Positions 50,481 to 63,190 of a stretch of 64,000 nucleotides of DNA are shown one piece after another. A model generated the notes under the pieces. It did no database searches. It saw only the letters and a program-made list of their open reading frames with translations, and was not told where the DNA came from. Origin of the DNA: Leptogorgia sarmentosa (lineage: Eukaryota). Positions within the stretch are counted from its first letter, which is position 1. Each line of letters begins with the position of its first letter. The stretch spans positions 4,960,001 to 5,024,000 of the forward strand of contig OZ210885.1 of the NCBI GenBank assembly GCA_964658305.1, given 5' to 3'. The translations under genes and the position numbers were made by a program.

Positions 50481-51968
50481 AAAGAGGACACATGTGAGGT
50501 GTAAGAAAGTGTGCATCATTTCAACACCTTGGATTGTTAGCTACACACTTGTAAATCGTTAGCTAGACATCTTCAAATTATGTTTACCTTAATATTAGGT
50601 TCCACGTCTTCATTGTGGAGTCGGGCAAAGAACGTGTCTTCATTGCATTCTTCGGATGGGGTGTAGACAATAAAGTAGGCAATCGCGGGATACAACACAG
50701 AATACTTCAAAGAGTGCTTATAGTACATGTAGTAAACTGAACTGCCTGATAGTAAATTTATATATATATATATATATATCACAAATGTTATATATATATA
50801 TATATATCACAAATGTTAATTAGTTTCAATCTCTTAAATACCAACCGTTGTAGCTATTTATAAATGCAAAGAATTTGCTGGCACAATTGGATGTCTTTGC
50901 AAAATTATAGCCCACATCTGTCCCATGAACTTCAATTTCCCCCTTTATTCCGGCCATAAAAATATAATGGACCCCAAGATCTTGAAGCTTCCTGCACTAG
51001 AAAAGGTATTGGCATCTGTCTTTTTGCTTATAAGGGAGTGTTCTTTAATCACATTGGGAGGGGGGAGAGTAAAAACATAGGGGTGGTCAAGTATTTCTAA
51101 AAATTTAACAGGGGTGGAACAAAAGTGTGTACCGGTTTGAAACACAAGCCTGTAGCAAGTTGAAGGATACATGGGTATAACAAAAACATCACAGAGATAA
51201 TGGCAGATATTGTGTTACCAAAGAGGGGGGCGGGAGCCATCATGGCAAAATAGATTAACCTTTCTTAATTAACTCTATCTCTCCAACAAGTTTTGTAACA
51301 GTTTTACATTAGAATGATTCAGATCTCCATATCTCAGGAGATATTCATTTTCTTGGAACAGAAAATGTGTCATTCAATAGAGAATTAATTTGTCTTGAAT
51401 TTGTCTTCGGATATTTAGTATATTTTTAATAGCATAACTTTGCATAAATTATCTTTTGAATGTAGCAATTATTTATGATAAAACGCTTGATTGTAGGCCT
51501 GGTTTAAAATGAAAAAGGCCAATGTTTTTTGTTGTTGGTAGCTCATGAAACCTAGATTCTACACTGAAAGTTTCATTGCTTTTGAACAAGTTGAACAATC
51601 TTTTTTTCCCTTTGAAGTTGACATACAATGTTCTCAAAAATTCATTTGAACATGGTGGCATACCACATTGAGTCAAAAGCTGTTGTCTGCCAGAAGATAT
51701 TACTAAAACACTTCCATTAACTTACTAAAATTTTATTACCAATTCATTACACAAAAAATATACAATTGATGAAACCAGAAATACACAAAAAATAGATGTA
51801 TGCCAAAGAAGCATTGTGACTTTTCTGGCAATGTTTGATGTATGCTGTGGAAGAATGTCTGTAACATAATGGCAAATATGTACAGATTTGAACTTCCTAG
51901 CAATATATACTTGACCTGAAGCAGAACCAAAAGCATTTGCACAATCATCTCATGTAACCAGGAGAGTG

Positions 51969-52649
51969 TCAAGTCTCACAACAGTTGAAGCTTGACGAAA
52001 TGTGCAAATACTTTTGGCACTGTGGAGCATTACAATAAGTATTAACCTGAAGTTGACCCCTCCCCTCTTTATAGCAGACTGCACATTGACGCCTACACTC
52101 TGACACCTTTGGCATATGCACTGTCTCAAACTGACAATTACCAGGAGCTTTATACCCATATGCTGGTGGGTCATTGTATTCTTGCCAACCCACAATTTGC
52201 CTGACCAATGCCTCTCGAAAACCAACAACAGAATACTTAGACTGACGGCGTAAAGCTTCTACTTCGGAGTGTTCTGCCCTGTAACGCTGAAAAAGAATAA
52301 AACTATTAGCAACAGCAATGTCGATCAGATGGAAGAACAATGTCTTCCACCATCTTATGCACTTTCTACTTATATTATGGTAGGAAAGCATTTGGTCGGA
52401 CTTATCAACCCCATTCATGAATTGGTTGTATTTGTGGATTGCACGGTGCTGGGGAATGGTGAGCTCAGAATATACTCCCTGCTGCTTAGTTTTTCTTTTG
52501 CAAGTGACCTGATCATTCGCAGAATATAGAGTTGTCAGCATGGAAACAGGTTTATTGTCAATCCATTGCAACTCCAAAACTGGTGAATGTCTGGTCCAGC
52601 AGAGATCACATTCCTTACCTTTCCTTGCCCAGACCTGCGCATCCTTCAA
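51969..52649 (-). mobile_element. piggyBac transposase C-terminal third with Cys-rich domain
   Basis: QWIDNKPVSMLTT, YNQFMNGVDKSDQ, RWWKTLFFHLIDIA, CAVC..YCNAPQC..LH..NC. Confidence 0.95.
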
Positions 52650-54239
52650 GCATTGAGGATAAGCTCTAAATGGAAATCCACAATGTACTCTTTGTTGTGA
52701 GTCAAAACATCTCTATACCATGCACCTTTTTGAACGCACTTGATGTAAAGTATTCTTACTCGTATATGAGGTCCTTAACGCCAGCGGCAGAAGCAGATAC
52801 AGGATAAACATTGTCCTTGTTAAAGTTTTTTCTGAAAGAAAACTGAATATGGTTGCACCCTCTATATATATGTAATAAACCAAAATTGGTGGTCGGTGAA
52901 ATCAGCGAACACAGCGTCTTTATAATCAACATCATTACATTGTAAAAAACAACTTCTTCCAAATTAATACCAGCTAGGTTAAGCAGCATATATAAGTATT
53001 GGGTGCATCTTTGCCTAGTGGGTACATGTTAACGCTCACAGTACCAAAACTGCGGACCAATACGGCCATTCTTTAACAAAGTTAAAAAAATACCGATTGT
53101 CTGCTAAATAACCGTCTATGTTCTTGTATCGAGGCTTGGCGAGTATTGCTTGGCGCATTTGCTTCGATTCTGCCCGGATGTCGAGGGTCGATCTTGCGTC
53201 AATGTTTGTGTTGTCTGTCCCATTAGGTGTACTTGAGTTCTGTAAGAGCTGCACAACCTGCATCAGTACATTTGCTGTCTTTTGATTAATATCACCCTAG
53301 TAAATTGTAAAAAGAATTGTGACAATGTCACATATAAGAATTGATATCACTGCAATGTCAATTATGTATAAGATAATAGCTACTGTACTGTGTGTGAAAG
53401 CTGGCAGTGTGTTTTAGTATCAGGAGCTAGTTCATGGCCAGCGTTCACACACAGTATTGTATATTGCATCCAGGATCTTTACCATTGATAGTCACAGTCC
53501 TGTCTTTTATTTGAATTCCAATGATGAATGCAATGAATAAAGCCTACCTATATAGCATGTGAAAACAATATAGTCAGAAATTAATTTCAAATTGAGCATC
53601 AAATCAACACAACTGCTTTCCCCTATTTCAAACTGAATAGCTGAAAACGGATATGGTACACTTAACTATATAAACAGGTACAAAACGTTAAACGTTACAA
53701 AATCCGAGTTGGCGTCTTTAATTCCGGAATTCCTTTTTAGATAAGCAATTGAAATGAACTTTTTATTTATTGGCGTGAATCACTTTTCATGTGGCGCACA
53801 AAGAATTCGTACTTTAGGCACGGTGGTTTGGGCAGCCATGGTACAAAATTTGGACACTGCATGCGAAAATTAAAACGTAAATGAGAAAATATAACCAAAA
53901 AAAACAAAATAAAAAAAAAACAAACTTCAGAGACTGCCTTCATCTCGTATATATATTATATTATAGCTCACCACTTGCTTATCTAGATTCCTCCTTGTCC
54001 GGTTATGCCGCCAGAACCTGTAGCATGCACCATTCTTTTCATTTGTGCGTTTTTCTTTCTAACTCTTAATTGTATCATTATGCTTATCAGTTTATTATAA
54101 CACCTTTTCCCGACACATTTTTAACTATAAAACACAACCGGAATGGATATAACTTCTAATCGCTAACAGATATTTGATATATTCGTGATATACTCACCTT
54201 TACAAAACAATCGCAAGACAAAATAATATCTTTTGGTAT

Positions 54240-54662
54240 CCAGTTTAAACTTTAAACGACCAACCATCCAAGTTTCTGAAACAGCTGTTCGGCTTTGGGG
54301 CATCCGAAGTATTCCAGATTTATGAACGGAATTCCCAATTGAATCAGGAGGTTTCTTTCAAATTGTCCGCCTTTGTAACCTACCAAGGTGTTTGGCTTGC
54401 TGAAATAATTTTAAACGATCTTCGGTAGGTCGAATACATGGACGGTTGAGGGGGAGTTGAATTCGATTTTGTGGATGTACTTTTCCAGGTAGCGTGCTGA
54501 TATTCTGTCTTTTTCATTCAGTTGATTCCAATTCAAGCCAAGGTCGAAGATTATGGATGTGGCATAGGTGTCATTCTTCTTGATCATGGCCAGCTCCTTA
54601 CAGTAAAATCTTTTTTCGACGGTGAACCCATCCATATCGATGATTCCAGTGACGGTGTCCAT
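54240..54662 (-). pseudogene. DEDD-type (RNase H fold) nuclease-like Polinton accessory gene with an in-frame stop
   Basis: IIDMDGF...CKELA; after the stop VGYKGGQFERNLLIQLGIPFINLEYFGCPKA. Confidence 0.65.
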
Positions 54663-56464
54663 GTTGAAATGAAGTTTTTTGTTTTATGAACGTATTTATA
54701 GTATTGGGGATACGTAGTCGAGACACGTATCTGAGACTGTCACAGAAATTCACTGTCTTCCTTCAGCGAGTTTAACTGCACGAACACTGGTTCAGTTTTA
54801 CAACTTTTATTTAACACATATACTTTACAGTTTTTCGTTAACACTTAATACACAACTAACTACACAACTAACTAACATACATTGGCGCTCTACGGTAAAT
54901 ATTCACCGTCCGGAAATCCCCTCACGTCACTCTACATAGATTACAATTATTTTTTGGCTGCAAATACAGATTTACTTTCCAACTATCTATTATGTGGTTT
55001 TTATGGTTTTTTAATCTTTTTTATCTTTGGCATTAAACTATATATGTTTTTGCCAAGTTTACATCAATACAATTATAGGTTTACATCAATAGAATATAGA
55101 AGTTTTAATCTAATAAACGTTTTTGTCCAAACAATCCCAACAGAGACATCTATCCGAGACAGGTAGTCTAGACTTGAATACATATCCAAGTCTAGAGACG
55201 TATTGAGATGCGTATCCAAGTCTACACACATTGAGATATCCAAGTCTAGACACATACTGAGATACGTATCCTACGAATTTTAAACAATTTTTATGTTTTA
55301 CAAAATTGTCATGTTGAAAATATGTTTTTAAATATTCCAAGACTAGTGTGATGTTATTTACTGTATACATTTTTGCTAAAAATACATGTTTGTGCTCCAG
55401 GGCTTGTTTGCTGGTGTACTCGATATAAACGTTTATTCTTTTAGAGATTTGGGGGTCTTAACCGTTTTTGTTTTCTTCTTATAATTGTAGTTCACGGGAA
55501 ATGTCCCCCAGGTCTGGCAGTTCAGGAAGGCCATTAGGAATTTGTGAGGGTCGGAGATTGAAAAGGGGTCTGTAGGAAGGTCCAATAGGAATTCGTGAGG
55601 TTCAGGAAGGCGCCATTAGGAATTCGTGAGGGTTGAAGAGGGAAGGTCAGATTGCGTTTGGGTAGATGATGTGGTTGTAGGTGGCGAGGATAAGGATTGG
55701 ATATGTTCTTGTAGTTCCTGCCAGATCTGGGGTGCTATTTCTTTAAAAATATATCTGTTATCTTCGCTCGTTCTCTTTTTTATTTATTTCTGAAGTTTTT
55801 TTGTTTTTCCGCACGCCTTCTCACCTTTACCATATCCATGTTGGATACGTGATCAGAAATGCAAAGCCTTACATGTATACATGTTTATATAGGTAAAAAG
55901 TTTTGTGACGTAATAATATGCATGCTCAAAGGTTTGTACAAATTTTAATCAGATGGACACTTTTTGCATAATTATGTGATTTGCATCATTTTGAGAAACT
56001 TTAAAATGGTTAGGCAATATGTTTACAGATCTTTGCACTGACTATCTCAGGATTTTGTTGCGCAGAAATAAGATTAGTAGCGAAAAATGAAACACGATCC
56101 CCACGGAAGTGAAGAGGAAAACCAAATTGAAAACCAGAAGACAAAACAGAGGTCAAAGCCGCATCATATCCACATAATAATGGGCGCAATCGATCAATTT
56201 GAACTGGGGTTGGTAGAGCGTGATTTGGCAGCAGCGGGGCGGTATGAGTGGTGGACTGTTGGGGACGAAAATTACACCGTAATGCGGGGTGAAGGACACC
56301 ACACTTGTAACATTGGTGTTAATTACAACCTGAGCAGTCATTCCCTCTGTGAAATTTCCGGCAGGAGACGCATTGCTGCGCACCGGCGCTTGAGCCTTAG
56401 AAAAACACGCAGTGTTAAAGTTCTGCGCGCGAATCCAGAGTTCCCAATGCGTGGACCCAAGTAA

Positions 56465-56560
56465 AGTTGTTAATTTTGGGCGTGCTATGGCATATTTGTC
56501 CTTAGTTTATCTGATGAATGAATCCGAGGAAGTGACACGTGAAGCTTTTAGTGGCCCCGC
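56465..56560 (+). pseudogene. Bcl-2-like fragment, second copy
   Basis: VVNFGRAMAYLSLVYLMNESEEVTREA versus INFGRAMAYLSIVYLRKESEDVTREA at about 10020. Confidence 0.6.
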
Positions 56561-56629
56561 CTATGAAGAGTTTTGAGTTTTCAGCTTTCAAGATCGAGGA
56601 TGATTTGTTCTCTAGACTAAGATCCTTTA

Positions 56630-56860
56630 TTAGAGATATTTTAAAGCGAGACCTGATGGATTACATGGGATGATACAGGGCAAGTGAAAATTGAAGGGGA
56701 GACTATTCCAAATTCTAAAATAACTGATTTGGTTAGCGATGCCATGAGATCAAGAAAAAAATTTAATCCTGTGGGTTAGAGTATTCTTTCAAGCATTATC
56801 CAAATTAAATGTGCCCAAAAGATCTCGTTAGAAATGACGACCAATGGAAACAAGTGGGCG
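56630..56860 (+). pseudogene. Conserved Polinton/adintovirus uncharacterised protein fragment
   Basis: ITWDDTGQVKIEGETIPNSKITDLVSDAMRSRKKFNPVG...LSKLNVPKDLVRN. Confidence 0.7.
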
Positions 56861-57169
56861 AAACGAATTCTACCCAATCCCCGCGGTCGGGAGTTTTTGC
56901 ATGGCCCTCGCGAAGTGGAGGTTTTGCCAAACGAAGTGGAGGTTTTGGCAGTCCATGAACAGAAGGTTTTGGCAGTCCACGAACTGGACGTTTTGGTACC
57001 CCACCATCCACAAGTTCATCTCAAGAACAATGGATAAGGTATTAACTTTTGTAACTTTGTTTTATGAATAAATGATTTAAAAAGATATTTGTTGGTGTTG
57101 TTTAAAACACCACACAGTTTTCCATTTTACAATTTTATTACAACAATTTTTTACATCATTGATTAAGGC

Positions 57170-57639
57170 CTATAAAAGGCAGTTTAAATGTAACTTTAAA
57201 ATGAGCTTGAACAAAACGAAACACCTTTCCATCGTTTAAAGCGGTGTCGTTGCTAAACATTTGCACGATTTCTTTCATGCTAACACCTCGTGCCCTATGA
57301 CTAAGATAATATACAACACTGTCCACAAACATCGGACCAGTCTCCCTGTAACTTGCGCTTGTTATAGTTCATTCATGAGTATGATTTTTGAAAACGTTTT
57401 TGTTGTAATAATGGGGCGAATGACCATAGCTGTAAAAAAATTCTCCTTCCCCCTCAGATGGAAAGTGAAAGGCTACCCCAATGCATTCCGGGTTAACGGC
57501 TCGGGTCCGTGTTGGCAACAAATCCACAAGGATATTTCTCTAGTATTTGCGGTAATTTGTTGCTAGGGAATACTCCACAAAATATCTTGCGCGTAATAGG
57601 ATTTTGTTCCAAAGCGTGTTACATTTGAAAATTATTCAT
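57170..57639 (-). pseudogene. Adenain-like cysteine maturation protease (Polinton), frameshifted
   Basis: FCGVFP..KLP...YPCGFVANTDPS..PGMHW...GEFFYSYG...YYLSHRARGVSM. Confidence 0.88.
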
Positions 57640-58126
57640 CCTGAGTAATCGTAGATCATGTTTCTCTTCGAGTCGATGTGTATGGTATTTTCAAATTCTC
57701 CGTAACATACCACACTTACTGCATTTGTTGGTGTGGTGCCGAACTGGATCTCTATGGCAAGATTTCCTTTTTGCACAACATTAAGATGAGGTGTGAGGAT
57801 CCACACATGTCTGGCGTCAGAGCGAAGACGTATAGGGTGTAACCATTTGGGTATTCCTGCCGCAATATCGTTGCCTGCGTTGTAATACATTTTTCCCGTA
57901 CTGGAAAACAACTTGTCATTGCTTTTGTTACTTTCCCTCTTAATACCAAAACTGTTTTTGACAAGTCTATGTAATCTTCTGTGCCGGGAATTGGGCCTGC
58001 ATCTGCAACACTGGATACATATTCTACCCAGTGCCCCTATTCCAAACTTGTTTGTGTTGGTGGTACCGAAAACAAATCAAGCTCGCTTTTGCTACACTCT
58101 TGCGATTTTGAATGTACGAAATTCAT
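57636..58126 (-). pseudogene. Polinton major capsid protein with a large internal deletion
   Basis: N-terminus MNFVHSKSQECSKSELDLFSVPPTQTS is fused to the C-terminus YPNGYTLYVFALTPD...GNLAIEIQF...VCYGEFENTIHID..RN. Confidence 0.9.
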
Positions 58127-58400
58127 TTTTACCAAATATATCTTGAGGAGATGTTTTTCGTTTCTTGGTCTGACGGCTTCTGGTTCTCGATCTCGATGGT
58201 TTTCTCTTTTTAACTGTGCATTTTTTACTTTGGGAACATGTGCGCTTTGACCTTTTTGGTCTTTTGGATCTGCTTTTGGATCGTTTAGTACTCCTTGATC
58301 GCTTACGGCATCTTCCACTACCGGATTGTTTTCCCGTTTGTTCTTCGGTTTGTTTGTTTGCCCGTCTTTGTTCCATAGCTTTGGCTTTTGCAGTACTAAG
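58127..58400 (-). pseudogene. Arg/Lys-rich putative virion core protein C-terminus
   Basis: QSGSGRCRKRSR...TKKRKTSPQDIFG immediately upstream of the capsid gene. Confidence 0.6.
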
Positions 58401-58681
58401 GGCCTGTAAACCTCTTGTTTTTGCAGCTTCTTTAACATTTTTTCCAGATGCAATATCTCCGAGAAGAAAAGTAGTCCAGCTGACAATCCAGTATAAATGG
58501 CATAATATGGAAAGGTCGACGTTTAGGGTTTACTTGTTGGTGTAATTCTGGGTCGAGTCGTTAGGTCATTGTTAAAGATTGGTTATCGAAAAAATCAAGG
58601 AACTACCTCATCGGTATCAAATGTGCACATGAGGCTGACATGCAGTTCAACTTCGAATTTGTATTTCTCGGTCGACAGCTT

Positions 58682-59258
58682 TTAAAGATTCCTTTGATAT
58701 CGACATTGTGAAGTCCGCACCGAGGCAGGTTCTACAGTTGAGGAGGGCCATGGAGTTGAGGAGGTTTTTAATACTGAGGCGGATTCTGAAGTTGAGGAGG
58801 GCCATGGAGTTGAGGAGGTTTTTAATACTGTGTTGGGTCGTGAAGTTTGCACCGAGGTGGGTTCTGCAGCTGAGGAGGGTTGGTGTGTTGAAGGTAAAAT
58901 GGTGACATGATGTGAAATCCACGAGGAAAATCTTGGCGAACAATTACTTATTATAACAAAGGTCCAATCCATCTTACAATTAAATAAAGGATTTTCGCGA
59001 ACATCCATAAGTCGTAGGTTCGGAAAAATCAAATGGATCTCTGTAAAGTTTAAAGAAACAAATTTATTTCTTCTCAAATCAAGCGATATCACCCATTCCT
59101 TTTGGCGCAATTTCGATAAGTTCTTCGTGGTTTTTTGCCCTAAACCGGAACAATCGAGAACATTGAGCCGTTGTTTTTCTATGCATTTAGAAACGGCTGT
59201 ACTTCCATGAAGTAAAAAGCCCAAAACGAGAAGAAGCAAACGCTATGAGAAAATTCAT
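58682..59258 (-). pseudogene. Secreted leucine-rich-repeat protein with Ser/Thr/Pro stalk
   Basis: Hydrophobic leader (ATG 59258, one indel), C..LDCSGLG cap, LDLRRNKF and FPNLRLMDVRENP.NC repeats, and a 54-bp duplicated STP-rich unit. Confidence 0.7.
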
Positions 59259-59481
59259 TTGTTTGTGTTTATTAACAAAAACAAAATTTTACCACATGTT
59301 GATATTTATTATTTTTGCAAAATAATTTGTAAATAACATGTTAAAAACTCTGTGCGTGCATGCAGTGTAATCATTTCAGTTAAACATTTGTGGTGTAAAC
59401 ATGGAGTGGGAAGACATTGTTAAAGATTGGTTATCGAAAAAATGAAGGGACTCTTGCATTACGGAATCAATAGATAATTTA

Positions 59482-59955
59482 GTGAAAGCTAGCGCTATAC
59501 CTTCAGCAATAGCTCAAAATAGAACTTTGCTTGCAGTGTTACTTAACCAAATTTTACTGCAAACATTAAAGAACTTGAACCTGCTAGTTAACATGACACA
59601 TTGGTCGTTTATCATTAGAGATTGTGTGTTAATCAAGCCAGGGAAATACAAAACGTTTCCCAGTTTATCCAGCTTAACAGAGGCCTTAGTTAGAGAGGGT
59701 ATTGTACCCTACAAAATGAAGAGAAATCCTATATTTCTGAAAATTATTGCCAATCAGATTGTGTTAAGCCTGATGCAAGATGCACAAATAGGCGAGATTT
59801 TTTTCCAAAAAGATAATCAGATGGAAGAAATGAGTATGCACAATCTACATTGCAAAACATACGAACTTGTTAAACAGTTGCATGAGGAAACGGGTATAAG
59901 TCTGGAACATTATCGGACGCTAAACAATACATTAACGAAATCTGTCGAATCCTGA
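59482..59955 (+). CDS. Hypothetical protein, possibly Polinton accessory
   Basis: 157-codon open frame in AT-rich DNA next to Polinton genes; no motif recognised. Confidence 0.35.
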   Translation: MKASAIPSAIAQNRTLLAVLLNQILLQTLKNLNLLVNMTHWSFIIRDCVLIKPGKYKTFPSLSSLTEALVREGIVPYKMKRNPIFLKIIANQIVLSLMQDAQIGEIFFQKDNQMEEMSMHNLHCKTYELVKQLHEETGISLEHYRTLNNTLTKSVES

Positions 59956-60716
59956 TCATTTCCTATCAACTATTCGTCGCGTAAACTCCTGTTGAGGAGA
60001 GATGACTATTGACATACTTTTTCGGTGTAAAGGCACGCTAGTACTCAAAGTGAACATGACAGCTTCCAACTTTTGGAATCAGATCATGGAAGATATAACA
60101 GACAAAGAAGAAGACAAGTGGTTTCCAAACGGTGAGGAATGTAAAACGTACGATGATAAAAAGTTTATTGATAAAGTTTGGGATGGATGTGTACAGTGGA
60201 CATATATTTCTGAAGAGTACAACATTTTGGGAAGGTTTTTGGATGAAATAGAAATAGAGTGATATGTGCTACTCGCACTGCAAACATTATTGGATGCTAA
60301 ATGATACATTAAAGAAATCTCTCGAATCCTGATCATTCGCTATCAACTATTCGTCGCGTAAACATGTCCTGGAGAGATTTTGTAACTCGTTGGGTAGCAA
60401 GCCGAGGAGATTGTCTTGTTATGGATTTGGTAAGTGAACTATACGTGCCAACATTGTTCCTTAATTGTGCCACAGAGTGGACGCTAAGAGTGGGACCGGA
60501 CGCTAAGAGTGGGACCGTGAATCAGTAATTCACTATGATGATAATATGTGGCCAACATGTCTGAAAATGTTGATAAAGCAGTTAAAATGTTCTTTATATA
60601 TCAGCAATGAATCTAGAGATTTGAATTTATTATCCTTATTAGTAGAAAACTTGTATTTGGCTCGTCATGCTCAATTTAAAATAGCTACTGTAAATTGGAA
60701 AATTTGTTCGATTATT

Positions 60717-63110
60717 CTATGGAGATTTAAGAGGTGCGGTGTGGAAACTAGCTAGATGGTTAATTGATTTAATGTTTTTGTTTGGGACATTATACTCTTT
60801 ACAAGCTTCGTATACGAATTTCTGCTTTCCCCAATTGGTCCTGGGTTTCCTGAGATGGAAGTGATCTCTTTGTCTCGTGTTATGCGGATGTGTAACTTTA
60901 GATAGATGGAAGTCGTAGTCTATCAGGGTATGTTTCAGTTTGAATATGGTCAGCATTCGATGTGAGTAACGCCGGTGTGTAAGTGGGAACGATGTAGGTT
61001 TGACAGAGCTTCAGTGGAAGAGGACAGGTAAGGAGCGTCAGGTATCGCCTTAGCAGCCTTGTTCTGAAGGATTTGTAGTTGATCCATGAGGTTGGTGTTG
61101 TTCTTATCACCCCATATGATATCAGCGTAGTCGGATAATGGGAGGATGAGAGAATTGTACATTGTGAGTCGGGCTTTTGATGGGATGAATACTTTAATTC
61201 TTTTGAGCGATCCGATGCGTTGGTTGATTTTTATTGATACATTATTTTTGTGATCGGACCGTGTAAGATTTTCTGAGAAGGTGATTCCTAGATATTTGAA
61301 AGTTTGTTCTCGAGCAAGTTGTTGGTTGTTAATGTGTATGGAGATATTGGTGAATGTTTTTAGGCAACGGTTACTGCCAAAAAGGAGATACTTGGATTTT
61401 GCACAGTTTAGTGTTAGTAGGTTTTCATCAAGCCATTTACAGATTGAGTGAAGATCTTCATTAACACATAGCTCAATGTCTTCTTTGGTCGAATTGGGGG
61501 AATGATATAGAAGAGTGTCATCAGCGTAGAGTATTGTTTTGCAGTGTTTCACAGTGTTGGGCATGTCATTTATGTAAATAATGAAAAGTAAGGGACCCAA
61601 TATGCTACCTTGTGGAACACCAACTGATATGGGTAATGGGCTGGATAACGTATTGTTGATTGAAGTTTTTTGTTGACGATTTGTGAGGTATGACTCAAAC
61701 CAATTTAAAGAGTTATTATCCAGGCCAAGTGATTTCAGTTTGTGCAACAAGATAGCATGATCAACTGTGTCGAATGCCTTGCTAAAATCCTGAAAGACAG
61801 AGGCTGTGATGAGACCGTTGTCAGCATTATTGAGAATAGTATCGTTGAAAAATGCCAGTGCAGTACTTGTAGATAGCTTTGATCTAAAGCCAAATTGACA
61901 TTGTGAGAGGATTTTGTTTTCCCATAAGTAGTTGTAAATCGTTCCAAAATTTTGCTTAGGATTGGCAGAACAGTTATGGGTCTGTAGTTTGACATATTAG
62001 AGCAATCGCCAGACTTAAATATTGGTGTTACTTTACCGTCTTTCCAGATCTTGGGGAAGATAGAGGATTTTAGTGATTGATTAAATATGTCCGTTAGGGT
62101 TGGGGCGATAACTGTTGCAGCATCTTTCAGCGGTCTAGCGCTGATACCATCAAGGCCGGTAGATTTATTGGTTTTAAGTGTTGATAGTTGTTTGTGGACG
62201 GAGGTAACATCAATCTCTTTGAATTCGAATGTGGAATTGAGTTGTGCTAGTTGGATGGAGGAGAATGTTTGATGACAATTTTTGCTTGATTTTGTTTGCC
62301 AAAGTCTGTCCGATACTGGTGAAGAAAGTATTGGAAGGAGATGATATTGATTGTGAGTTCTTGGTTTCGGCGCCGCCTGATGTGATAGATGTTGGTACTG
62401 GAGAATGTGTGTTGCGTGGAGTTAATTCATTGAGAGTTTTCCAGAGAGCAGAAGGATTATTTTTGTTTTCTTTTATCGAGGACTCGTAATATTTTGATTT
62501 GCATTCACGTACTGCTTTGTTTACAAAACAGCGAAGCTTACGGTAAGACGACCAATGGTGTTTTGACTGTGTTTTTTGGGCCTTCTTCAGATGATAGTCT
62601 CGATCTTGCATCGCTCGACTTAAATCAGCCGTCATCCATGGAATGCTATTTCCCTTAACTTTCATTATCTTCATTGGCGCGCGCGTGCTTGCTACGTTAG
62701 TAAAACATTGACACCAGCTGTTAAAGGTAGTATCGACGTCATTTTCGTCTACAAGGGTAGACCAGTTGACGTTTCTAAGATCTAGAAGGAAGGACTGTTT
62801 ATTGTGGTGTTTATAAGATCTATTTTCAATTGTGCGTGGTGGAGCTTTGGTGACGCCAGCTTTAAGCACGCAGAACACAAGAGTGGTCACTCAACGAGCA
62901 TGTAATCACATCACTTCGGACAATTCTCTGATTATTGTTAGTAAAGATCAGGTCAATCATGGTTTCTGATGTTTCAGTGATTCTTGTTGGCTTCGTGATT
63001 AGTTGGTCTAAGTGAAATTGGCGAGAGAAATTATGGAGTAGTTGTTTCGAGGGTGAACGGGTTTTCTTGCTCAGGTCAATATTGAAGTCGCCTAACAAAA
63101 TGAGCTCGCT
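60717..63110 (-). mobile_element. L2/CR1-group LINE ORF2 pseudogene (endonuclease C-half plus RT)
   Basis: LGDFNIDL..PTRI..IDLIF..SDH; NYRPITVLPILSKILE; AFDTVDH; GVPQGSILGPLLF; YADDT; KYLG. Confidence 0.96.
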
Positions 63111-63158
63111 GTTATTTGTTCAGTATATATATATCGATGTAATGTAACCTAGCATCAT

Positions 63159-63190
63159 TCCTGATGATGAATCTTAGTCGAAAGCTAGGA
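63159..63190 (+). ncRNA. Minimal hammerhead ribozyme-like motif (solo Penelope pLTR)
   Basis: tc CTGATGA t gaa tctta gtc GAAA gct agga; one mismatch in stem II. Confidence 0.6.

Noticed and set aside
53036..53263. Host gene exon
   Set aside because: Exon-like, but no recognisable domain and no consistent multi-exon model could be built.
54200..60400. Complete, active Polinton/adintovirus
   Set aside because: No PolB, integrase or terminal inverted repeats found, and the core genes are frameshifted or deleted.
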